Source: Nanobdellota archaeon
GTDB taxonomy: Archaea > Nanobdellota > Nanobdellia > Pacearchaeales > GW2011-AR1
Assembly (NCBI GenBank): GCA_020053375.1
Contig: JAGVNG010000026.1
Coordinates: forward strand, 1-25,613
Reading direction: 5' to 3'
DNA: 25,613 bases
Each line of letters begins with the position of its first letter. Within the stretch, counting starts at the first letter, position 1. The notes under the pieces were generated by a model, which searched no databases, was not told the DNA's origin, and worked only from the letters and a program-made list of their open reading frames with translations. Below are positions 16,552-23,835 of this stretch, in pieces. The position numbers and the translations under genes were made by a program.

Positions 16552-17034
16552 ATGTCAGTAGTGATTGATGGTAAAGATATTCTTGCCGATACTAAATTTT
16601 TGTCTATATGTATGAGTGAAAGGCTGGAGAGTTTATTGGCTGGAAAAAAAGAAGATATTCCCGAAGGGGTATTGTCAGGGGCAAAAAATCTTTTTTCTAT
16701 TGCAATGGACCATGTCAGAAATAAAAAAGGTTTGAGTCCTATTCGTAAAAATACAACGCGTTTGATAGAACCATCTGTTACATATAGATTATTAACAGAT
16801 ATGCTTAAAGTAGCCAAGAAAGACATAAAGGATGTGGATTCTGAATTGGAGAAAATAGCCATTGCACTTGAAGTACTGACGCCAGATGGAAGACAGATTT
16901 TTATTGCTAAAGAGCATTATCAAACATTACAAAGTCTTTTCAAAGCAATGTACAATGAATCAAACAGGTATTCTTCGCATTATGGCGGACATAGTCCGTA
17001 TAGCGTTGGCGCATTTGATAATGATGATGAATAA
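16552..17034 (+). CDS. hypothetical protein with acidic C-terminus
   Basis: 160-aa ORF with an ATG start. TTAATATA (16521-16528) ends 23 nt upstream. No recognised motif. Confidence 0.55.
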   Translation: MSVVIDGKDILADTKFLSICMSERLESLLAGKKEDIPEGVLSGAKNLFSIAMDHVRNKKGLSPIRKNTTRLIEPSVTYRLLTDMLKVAKKDIKDVDSELEKIAIALEVLTPDGRQIFIAKEHYQTLQSLFKAMYNESNRYSSHYGGHSPYSVGAFDNDDE

Positions 17035-17071
17035 AAATAAACTTTATTAATGCTGTTTCTTTTGTTTTTAT

Positions 17072-18448
17072 ATGAATATAACTAATATTAAAAAAGGAAG
17101 TGATAATCTAAAAAGCATTTCATTGAAAACATTTCTCCTATTAACAATTTTCTCAATATTATTCATTTTGCCTTTTGTATCAGCCGTCCAGATAGAAACG
17201 AAGGACAGCTTTTTACAGGGAGAAACCCTTATAGCAAAAATCTCGGGAAATTTTGTTGACCAGTTAGGAAGTGGAAATATTCTCTTTTACAGGGGGCATG
17301 TCAGAGTGCCAACGCAATTTACTCTTTCAAAAATAAATGATGATTATTATCTTTACGCTCTATTGTTAGGAAAAGGGCAGGGCAATTACTCATTGCAGAT
17401 TCAGGGTGTGAAATACAAGGTAGCAACACAGGTTAAGGATGATGCGGTAATCAGAAACTTCACAATAACAAATGAGACCGCTGATTTTTATGCCGTGCCA
17501 GGATTTGTGAAAACAAAGGATGATTTTTCCATTGAACTGACAAACCTGAAAGATAACAGCATAGAAGTTGAGATTGTGTCTGAGAACTCCTCAACATCAG
17601 GAGGATTTTTCGAATCTCTTTTTGGAACGGGAAGCAGCACACAAACCATAACCTTGTCATCTGGACAGACAAAAAAGATAAACTTTTTATTTGATGGCAC
17701 TCTCAATGAATCAACTTTAAGGGCAATAAATCTGTCATCTGAAAATACTTCTTATTCCATTCCTCTTTATATGGAAGTCAATGGCGCGCAAAAATCAAAT
17801 GTAGAGGGAACTGGAAAGCTGAGCTTTGAACCGTTGATTATTAATGTTTCCCTTGCAACTGGTTCAAACACAACGAGAATAGTTTACCTTCACAACAAGG
17901 AAGATCTTCCTGTTAAAAATATTTCTATTTATGTCTCAGAAGAATTGCAGCCTTATGTCAATATTTCCGCAGCCGAAGTAAGCGAAATTGACAAGAACTC
18001 AAGCATGAGAATAGACTTATTTTTTTCATCTGGCGAAAGTGAGAAAAATCTAACAGGGCAGATAACTGCAAGATATGAAAACACATCTGGCGATGATTCA
18101 GAAGAACTGTTTGCGCGGGCAGAAATATTTTTGAATTTTATTGAAGACTACACCCCACAGTATGAGGAAAATATAACGGTAATCGACACAAAAACCTGTG
18201 CCCAGCTTAATGGGACAATATGCAATACAACAATTGAGACATGTTCAGGAGAATCAGTTTATGCAAAGGACAACAAATGCTGCCTAAGCGCATGCACGCC
18301 TATTGCAGAATCCAGCTCAACGGGAAAATATATAGGATGGGGCCTTGTGGCGTTGGTCGTGCTTTTTGTCGGATGGTTTTTGATTAAGAGATATAGAAAA
18401 ACAAGCACTCCTGTTGATTTGCTTAAGATTGCAAGGGGAAGAAGATAG
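17072..18448 (+). CDS. secreted, C-terminally anchored surface protein rich in N-glycosylation sequons
   Basis: N-terminal hydrophobic signal (FLLLTIFSILFILPFVSA). Many N-x-S/T sequons. Cys-rich module CAQLNGTICNTTIETCSGESVYAKDNKCCLSAC immediately before the TM helix (WGLVALVVLFVGWFLI) and RYRK. Confidence 0.8.
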   Translation: MNITNIKKGSDNLKSISLKTFLLLTIFSILFILPFVSAVQIETKDSFLQGETLIAKISGNFVDQLGSGNILFYRGHVRVPTQFTLSKINDDYYLYALLLGKGQGNYSLQIQGVKYKVATQVKDDAVIRNFTITNETADFYAVPGFVKTKDDFSIELTNLKDNSIEVEIVSENSSTSGGFFESLFGTGSSTQTITLSSGQTKKINFLFDGTLNESTLRAINLSSENTSYSIPLYMEVNGAQKSNVEGTGKLSFEPLIINVSLATGSNTTRIVYLHNKEDLPVKNISIYVSEELQPYVNISAAEVSEIDKNSSMRIDLFFSSGESEKNLTGQITARYENTSGDDSEELFARAEIFLNFIEDYTPQYEENITVIDTKTCAQLNGTICNTTIETCSGESVYAKDNKCCLSACTPIAESSSTGKYIGWGLVALVVLFVGWFLIKRYRKTSTPVDLLKIARGRR

Positions 18449-18509
18449 CCTTTAATTCTTATATTTGCACCACAATAATCTTTTTATAGTATTAATAAAA
18501 TATTTCTTT

Positions 18510-18770
18510 ATGAGACTTGAAGACATTGCAAAACTTCTAAAAGGAAAAAAATTCTTAAGAGTTGAGGTTACTTATGTAAATCTGGAAAAAGAAAGAAAAA
18601 TAAATATGTTTTATGTTACTAATGAATCTCTTACACAATTTCCAGAACAAATTTTCCTCTATGATGATATATCTTTCAGAAAAGGTTCAAAAAATCCAGT
18701 GCCTATTAATATTCCGAGAGCATTTTATGCACATAATATAGATAAAATAACTCTTTTAAAAGTCAGATAA
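18510..18770 (+). CDS. hypothetical small protein (ATG at 18510 preferred over the track TTG at 18465)
   Basis: ORF MRLEDIAKLLKGKKF... with an AT-rich TATA-like sequence upstream. No recognised motif. Confidence 0.4.
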   Translation: MRLEDIAKLLKGKKFLRVEVTYVNLEKERKINMFYVTNESLTQFPEQIFLYDDISFRKGSKNPVPINIPRAFYAHNIDKITLLKVR

Positions 18771-19328
18771 TTATTTCTTCCTTGCCTTTTTCTTCTTTTC
18801 TTCTGACTTGGTTTCTTTTATGGCTTTTTCAACTTTAACTTCTTCCTTTATTTCTTCAGCTTTCTGTCCCAACTCAGCATCGCCAGGACGAGTTAGTTTC
18901 AAAACTTCCCTCAGCTTATTTTCAAGAATATTCTTTTCCATCTGAAGCACTCCTGCCACTTCATCATAGCTATGAAGCCTTCTTGCAAGCTCATTAAATA
19001 TGTCATTCAATCCATTGTTTGTAAGGGTAACGGTTTCAGGGGATATCAATTCTATATGCGCAGGCATGTATTTGAACATTAAAATGGCAAGATATAATAC
19101 ATCTTCCACCTCAACCTCAACTTCTGCAAAATTGCTGTAAAAATTCTTCTGGTCTTTTATTGGAGCAGGTTCGTTTATTTTTTTCTCAACCACTTCAACT
19201 CCCTTTTCATCCTGTATTTCTTTTACTAAATTATTCAAAGTCTCTGTAAGATGTTCTGGGGGTCTTCCTATTGCTTCCAGTATCATCACGGCTTTAATAT
19301 ACCCCCCCCCTTCTTTATTTGAAATCAT
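18771..19328 (-). CDS. hypothetical protein with coiled-coil/Lys-rich C-terminus (start uncertain; alternative start M15 at 19286)
   Basis: 185-aa ORF whose ATG overlaps the ComEA-like gene's 3' end by 14 nt. Codons 7-9 (GGG GGG GGG) form a G9 homopolymer. Confidence 0.55.
   Translation of the reverse strand: MISNKEGGGYIKAVMILEAIGRPPEHLTETLNNLVKEIQDEKGVEVVEKKINEPAPIKDQKNFYSNFAEVEVEVEDVLYLAILMFKYMPAHIELISPETVTLTNNGLNDIFNELARRLHSYDEVAGVLQMEKNILENKLREVLKLTRPGDAELGQKAEEIKEEVKVEKAIKETKSEEKKKKARKK
19302..19310 (-). repeat. G9 homopolymer (C9 on + strand) at the 5' end of 18771..19328
   Basis: Read directly: acccccccccttc on the + strand. Such a run is unusual in this AT-rich sequence. Confidence 0.9.
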
Positions 19329-19881
19329 TTTTATAAATTTTTCTTCTCCTTATAATAAACAATATCCCTATAATAATGCTAAAAACAAAAAAACCATATA
19401 AGGCAATTTTGTCCTTGCTTAAAATTTCAGAATTTTCCCCGCTTTTTATATCTTTTGTGTCATTTGCGGGATAATTTAATGTTATTATTTTTGGTTCCGA
19501 AGCCCTGTTGCTATCAATTAAGGAGTTATCATTTATATTAGAAAAGTTTTCAGCTACCGCGCTTTTATTAGCAATTGTTTTATTACTCTCTTTTTTGGAT
19601 TCATTCACTGAATTGTTATCATCCACCACGCAAGCAAGTCCCTGTGTTTTTATTCCATTTAATGTTGCATTTCCTATCCCCTTTACTCTTAATAAATCAT
19701 CAATAGAACTGAGAGGCCTTGTGTCAATTATTGCTTGTGCCTTGACAGGGCCAATGCCATAAAGTTGGTCAAGCTCTTCAAGAGTTGCTGTGTTTATGTT
19801 TATCTGGCCAGCATCGCACGTGGCTGAAATGAATGAAATTGATAATAAAAACAATGTTAATAATAAGATAACTATTTTCAT
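19315..19881 (-). CDS. ComEA-like extracellular helix-hairpin-helix DNA-binding protein with a C-terminal TM anchor
   Basis: Signal peptide MKIVILLLTLFLLSISFISA. ININTATLEELDQLYGIGPVKAQAIIDTRP...LLRVKGIGNATLNGIK matches the ComEA HhH domain pattern. C-terminal TM helix IALYGFFVFSIIIGILFII. Confidence 0.8.
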   Translation of the reverse strand: MKIVILLLTLFLLSISFISATCDAGQININTATLEELDQLYGIGPVKAQAIIDTRPLSSIDDLLRVKGIGNATLNGIKTQGLACVVDDNNSVNESKKESNKTIANKSAVAENFSNINDNSLIDSNRASEPKIITLNYPANDTKDIKSGENSEILSKDKIALYGFFVFSIIIGILFIIRRRKIYKNDFK

Positions 19882-19905
19882 AGAGGATTAAGATTAGCGG
19901 TAATT

Positions 19906-20478
19906 TTAAGGTTTATTGTACTTCTCACCATACTTTTCTAAGAAGTCATCATATGCAACCTCTATCTTTTTTCCATTTTTAACTGGTTTTGCTACCCAGA
20001 TTTTTGAAAAAATTCCTTTTTGCAGATAAAATGCACATTTCTCTTTTTCTTCTTTTGAAAGAATCCCATTAACTTTAACTTCTACACCAATAACACTATA
20101 CAATCCACTATGAACATGTTTTATTGAAATAAAATCTGGAAAACCGGTTCCAACGATTAACATTTTTTTGAAAGGATTATACTTTCTAGAGATAATTATT
20201 TTCCCAGTAGAAGAAATTATTTCTCCATCAGAACCTTTTTCAAATTCAACATTATTGGTCCATTTGTCAACAATTCTTCCTTTGTCCTCCAAATCCTTTC
20301 TTACTTTTAATTCAAATCTTGCTCCTGCCGCTCGGGATAATCTTCCTCTTTGTTTATTAATTTTATTTTTAAATTTGTAGTTCCCATTTTCCCAAGAAGT
20401 CTCAATATTCTTGGGGTCTATAACTTTATTGACAACATTCATAACTCTCTCCTTAACCTCTTTTTTTATTCTTTCCAT
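19906..20478 (-). CDS. PD-(D/E)xK nuclease-fold protein, Hjc (Holliday-junction resolvase)-like, with an N-terminal extension
   Basis: GARFELKVRKDLEDKG (E), GFPDFISI (D) and IGVEVKVNG (E-x-K) occur in the order and context seen in archaeal Hjc-type nucleases. Confidence 0.6.
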   Translation of the reverse strand: MERIKKEVKERVMNVVNKVIDPKNIETSWENGNYKFKNKINKQRGRLSRAAGARFELKVRKDLEDKGRIVDKWTNNVEFEKGSDGEIISSTGKIIISRKYNPFKKMLIVGTGFPDFISIKHVHSGLYSVIGVEVKVNGILSKEEKEKCAFYLQKGIFSKIWVAKPVKNGKKIEVAYDDFLEKYGEKYNKP

Positions 20479-20480
20479 TT

Positions 20481-21086
20481 CTACTCCAACCCAACCTCAT
20501 TCTTTATTTTCTTTATTGCATTTATTGCTATCTCAAAGAATTCATCAAGACTTAAGCCTATCTTTTCTATTTCTTGTATTATATTCCTGTCAATTTTTGC
20601 AGCGAAAGCCTTATTCTTAAATTTCTTCATTAAACCTTCTTTGTCCATGTCACTTACTTTTTTTCCTCTCATTAAAGCATACGCATGCACAAGTCCTGTA
20701 AGTGTTTCAGAAGCTGAAAGAGCATGTTCTATTTTTTTTGTTCTTTGCTTGTCTTTCAGATGTGGAAGCTCTTCAAAACCATAGCCATGACTTAAAATAT
20801 TTTCAATAAATTTGTTGTCAAATCCTGCCTTCATCAGCATCTCAGGCATTTTTGTAAGATGCGTTGCCACGTTTTCTTTTGTTATTCCCCAATCAATGTC
20901 ATGAAGAAGTCCGAGCATACCCCAATATTCAATCTCATCTTTGCCAAGCCCGAAATGCTCTGCGAGTCCCCTCATAATAGCCTCACTTTCAAAATAATGA
21001 TTCAAGTCAGACTGTTCAGAATTGTATTTTTTAACAAGTTCAAGGGCTTGAGGACGTGTTATTGGTAAGGTCATATTATTGTGCAT
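20481..21086 (-). CDS. HD-superfamily phosphohydrolase
   Basis: 201 aa. LGLLHDIDWG (HD dyad), an upstream H in ESEAIMRGLAEHFG and a downstream SHGYGF. The layout is that of small stand-alone HD hydrolases. Confidence 0.75.
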   Translation of the reverse strand: MHNNMTLPITRPQALELVKKYNSEQSDLNHYFESEAIMRGLAEHFGLGKDEIEYWGMLGLLHDIDWGITKENVATHLTKMPEMLMKAGFDNKFIENILSHGYGFEELPHLKDKQRTKKIEHALSASETLTGLVHAYALMRGKKVSDMDKEGLMKKFKNKAFAAKIDRNIIQEIEKIGLSLDEFFEIAINAIKKIKNEVGLE

Positions 21087-21124
21087 GAATAATTTGTTTA
21101 TATAATCTCTTTTAATAAATTGTT

Positions 21125-21139
21125 ACTATTATATAATTA
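21125..21139 (+). promoter_or_regulatory. conserved upstream element, copy 2 (ACTATTATATAATTA, 1 mismatch)
   Basis: Same position relative to the TATA box (13-nt gap) as copy 1. Confidence 0.45.
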
Positions 21140-21152
21140 ATAATAAGAAAGA

Positions 21153-21160
21153 TTTATAAA
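21153..21160 (+). promoter_or_regulatory. TATA box (TTTATAAA) of DGR target gene 2
   Basis: Ends 21 nt upstream of the ATG at 21182. It is part of the duplicated upstream region. Confidence 0.55.
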
Positions 21161-21181
21161 TCTCCTGTTTCTTGAAAAACC

Positions 21182-21862
21182 ATGGAAAACACAGCAAAAG
21201 AATCAGAAATTATTTATGAAAATCCTGTTATAACTTGGGAAAGTGAGAAACGTTTTCTGGTCTCTAATGTTGCTTACAAAGGACAAACAGGAACTTACAG
21301 ACTTTTTGAGCAAATGACTCCTGCAATGAACCAAGAACAGCTTACAAAACTTTATGAAACTGAAAAACAAAAAGGAAATCCTCATCCAACAGATGCTCCG
21401 CTGATTTGGGCTATTGCCACAAAAAGCCATGAACTTAGAAATCAAAATCCAGAAGTTTCTGAAAAATTAAGGCAATTTTTTAGGACTGGCTTCAGAAAAT
21501 ATCCAAATACCTTAACAAGAATTGCTTATGAGCCTTCAGGAAAAGATAAAATAATTCACAACTACAGGACTTCAGATGAATATTCAATAGATGCAGAAGT
21601 TGTTGGTTCAGAGGGTTTTGTTCAAGACATTCCTAACAAAAAAGTTTTGGAAGCACTTTTAGGAACACAAGATGTTTCCCAAATAAATGCAGTTTCACAA
21701 TGGATTAATGGAACAAATAGTTTTCTTTGGAGATTAAATTCAAAACCTTCAAAAAAAGATGAAAGAGTTGCCTGGTTCGTCGCCAACGACAACGTGTTCC
21801 TCCTCTGCCTCAGGGGTTCTCTTGATGGGTATCCTGCTTTTCGGGTATTGAAGGTTGATTAG
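21182..21862 (+). CDS. DGR variable (target) protein, paralog 2; C-terminal variable region
   Basis: 226 aa, paralog of 13838..14506. The C-terminal codons align to the TR with adenine-focused mismatches. No signal peptide or TM helix is visible. Confidence 0.85.
   Translation: MENTAKESEIIYENPVITWESEKRFLVSNVAYKGQTGTYRLFEQMTPAMNQEQLTKLYETEKQKGNPHPTDAPLIWAIATKSHELRNQNPEVSEKLRQFFRTGFRKYPNTLTRIAYEPSGKDKIIHNYRTSDEYSIDAEVVGSEGFVQDIPNKKVLEALLGTQDVSQINAVSQWINGTNSFLWRLNSKPSKKDERVAWFVANDNVFLLCLRGSLDGYPAFRVLKVD
21767..21847 (+). repeat. DGR variable repeat VR2
   Basis: Hand alignment to the TR shows 14 changed adenines, 1 non-A change (agg->gtg) and one AAC codon missing. aacgacaac is retained identical to the TR. 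Confidence 0.8.
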
Positions 21863-21883
21863 GCGGTTTGTTTTGCTCGCCAG
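21833..21883 (+). repeat. 51-nt post-VR conserved block with GC hairpin; copy 2
   Basis: Identical to 14477-14527. Confidence 0.8.
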
Positions 21884-22229
21884 TTTGGTTGAGCATGCCA
21901 ACAACAAAAAATTTAAACCAATCATTCTTTCATAAATAGCCCAAAAAGTTTTCTTCCTCAAACATTTTCAGTATGAGCAACTGGAAACGCAAGAAGAAAG
22001 CTGGATGGACTACACGCCGATTAACCAGCACATTATTCAAATTTATTTTAAGTCATAAAATTCAATCGCGACATCAAGTAAGGTTGATTTTATCCTACGG
22101 GAGAATTAACTGCAGGCAAGCAATTGTTTGCAATGAAAAATGAAGCGATGGTGCTTCCTTTATATTTTTGTCATGCAAGAATATATTGATGAGAAGGCTC
22201 TTTTTTAGAGAGGTTAATTGACTACATCA

Positions 22230-22313
22230 AGTTGCCAGGTTCAACGCCAACGACAACAGGTTCAACCTCAACTGCAACAGGAATTCTCATAATGGGTATC
22301 CTGCTTTTCGAAT
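22230..22313 (+). other. DGR template repeat (TR), non-coding
   Basis: gttgccaggttcAACgccAACgacAACaggttcAACctcAACtgcAACaggAATtctcatAATgggtatcctgcttttcgaata. An in-frame TGA sits at 22218-22220 just upstream. There is no homology to the target genes outside the VR. Every VR-variable position is an A in this copy. Confidence 0.85.
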
Positions 22314-22356
22314 AGTCTGTCCTTGGGCATTCTTGTTACTCATAGAATTATAAAAT

Positions 22357-23805
22357 TTACCTCTCAGGCTTCATGAATGGGAAAAGAATTATATCCCTTA
22401 TTGATTCCTGTCCTGTCAGCAGAATAAGCATTCTGTCAATTCCCAAGCCAACTCCTCCGGTTGGCGGAAGTCCGTATTCAAGTGAATTAACAAAGTCCTC
22501 ATCATATGGATGCGCCTCTTCATTTCCTCCAGAAAGTGATTTTTGCTGTTCTTTCAATAGAGTTTTTTGCTTTTCTGGATCATTTAATTCAGAATATGCA
22601 TTTCCCAGCTCTGTGCCAAGGCAAAATGGTTCAAATCTTTCAATAAGTCTGTCATCCCCTCTTTTAGCCTTGCATAAGGGAGTTGATTCATGAGGATGGT
22701 CAGTTATAAAAGTTGGTTGGATTATTTTCTTCTCGCAGTAGTGTTCAAATAATGCCATGACATAATAGCCCCAAGAATTTCCCTTTGTTTCTATCTTTTC
22801 CTTGTCGATTATTTTTTTCAGTTCGCTAGCGCTCATTTTTCCAGCATCAATTTTGGAATGCTGTTTTAGTGAATCAAGCATTGAAATTCTCTTCCATGGT
22901 TTTTTGAAATCAATAGTCTCTCCCTGAACCTTGATTTTTGTTGTTCCAAAGACTTTCTTGCATACATATTCATAGATTTCTTCGAAAAGGCTCATCATAT
23001 TATTATAGTCAGCATAAGCCTCATAAATTTCCATCATTGTAAATTCAGGATTGTGCCATTTGTCTATACCTTCATTTCTGAAGTTTCTGGCGATTGTGAA
23101 AACCTTATCAATTCCTCCGACAACAAGCCTTTTGAGATATAATTCAGGAGATATTGAAAGGAACAGGTCCATGTCAAGCGCATTCAGATGTGTTTTAAAT
23201 GGTCTGGCTTCAGCTCCTCCGTAAACAGACTGCAGGTAGGGCGTATCAACTTCCATAAATCCTTTTTTCTTTAGCAATTCTCTTATTGCATCAATTATTT
23301 TTTCCCTCTTCATGAAAACTTCCTTTACTTCTGGATTCATAATCAAATCCAAGTATCTTTTTCTGTATCTTTCCTCTTTGTCTTTTAATCCATGCCATTG
23401 TGAAGGAAGTGGTTTGATTGCTTTTGATAAGATTTCCAGTTTTTTTATTAGAATTGATATCTCTCCTGTCTTTGTCTTTATTATCTCTCCCTCAACACCA
23501 AGAAAATCTCCAGCGTCAGCATATTTCTTGAAAAACTCCATTTCTTTTTCAGGGGTTTTTTCACTCTGGACAACCAGCTGAATTTCTCCAGTCATGTCCC
23601 TAATTGTTCCAAAAGAAAGACTTCCAAATTCCTTCTTGTTCATCAATCTTCCAGCAGTCTTTACGCTTGCCTTTAATTTTGTTTTTCTGCATTCCAGAAT
23701 TGTCTGTTTTTTGTCAAAGCTGTAAGGATATGGATTAATGCCTTTTTTCCTCAATTCCTCTATTTTCTTCAGATGCTCTCTTACTATCTCCTCTTCTCGG
23801 CCCAT
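22357..23805 (-). CDS. lysS: lysyl-tRNA synthetase, class II
   Basis: 482 aa. Class II motif 2 (FRNEGID) and motif 3 (GGVGLGIDRMLILLTG), with an N-terminal OB-fold anticodon-binding region. Confidence 0.95.
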   Translation of the reverse strand: MGREEEIVREHLKKIEELRKKGINPYPYSFDKKQTILECRKTKLKASVKTAGRLMNKKEFGSLSFGTIRDMTGEIQLVVQSEKTPEKEMEFFKKYADAGDFLGVEGEIIKTKTGEISILIKKLEILSKAIKPLPSQWHGLKDKEERYRKRYLDLIMNPEVKEVFMKREKIIDAIRELLKKKGFMEVDTPYLQSVYGGAEARPFKTHLNALDMDLFLSISPELYLKRLVVGGIDKVFTIARNFRNEGIDKWHNPEFTMMEIYEAYADYNNMMSLFEEIYEYVCKKVFGTTKIKVQGETIDFKKPWKRISMLDSLKQHSKIDAGKMSASELKKIIDKEKIETKGNSWGYYVMALFEHYCEKKIIQPTFITDHPHESTPLCKAKRGDDRLIERFEPFCLGTELGNAYSELNDPEKQKTLLKEQQKSLSGGNEEAHPYDEDFVNSLEYGLPPTGGVGLGIDRMLILLTGQESIRDIILFPFMKPER

Positions 23806-23835
23806 TATTAATAAAAATAGTTTTAGTTTTTATAT

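Noticed and set aside
20350-20784. 144-aa plus-strand ORF antisense to the nuclease and HD genes
   Set aside because: Hydrophobic low-complexity shadow ORF spanning two well-supported minus-strand genes.
21749-21961. 70-aa minus-strand ORF across VR2 and the post-VR block
   Set aside because: It overlaps the target gene's 3' end, has no start context or motif, and is probably spurious.
21972-22142. 56-codon basic ORF (MSNWKRKKKAGWTT...) as a DGR accessory protein (Avd-like) or RT remnant
   Set aside because: It is too short for Avd (a ~100+ aa four-helix bundle) and shows no recognisable RT or Avd motifs. It cannot be supported from sequence alone and is mentioned only within the orphan-TR finding.
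22230-22313. Third, truncated pseudogene copy of the 13838/21182 paralog family
   Set aside because: Homology is confined to the VR and is bounded by unrelated sequence on both sides. An in-frame stop lies 10 nt upstream. Every position that varies between the two gene copies is an A here. That pattern fits a DGR template, not a decayed gene fragment.
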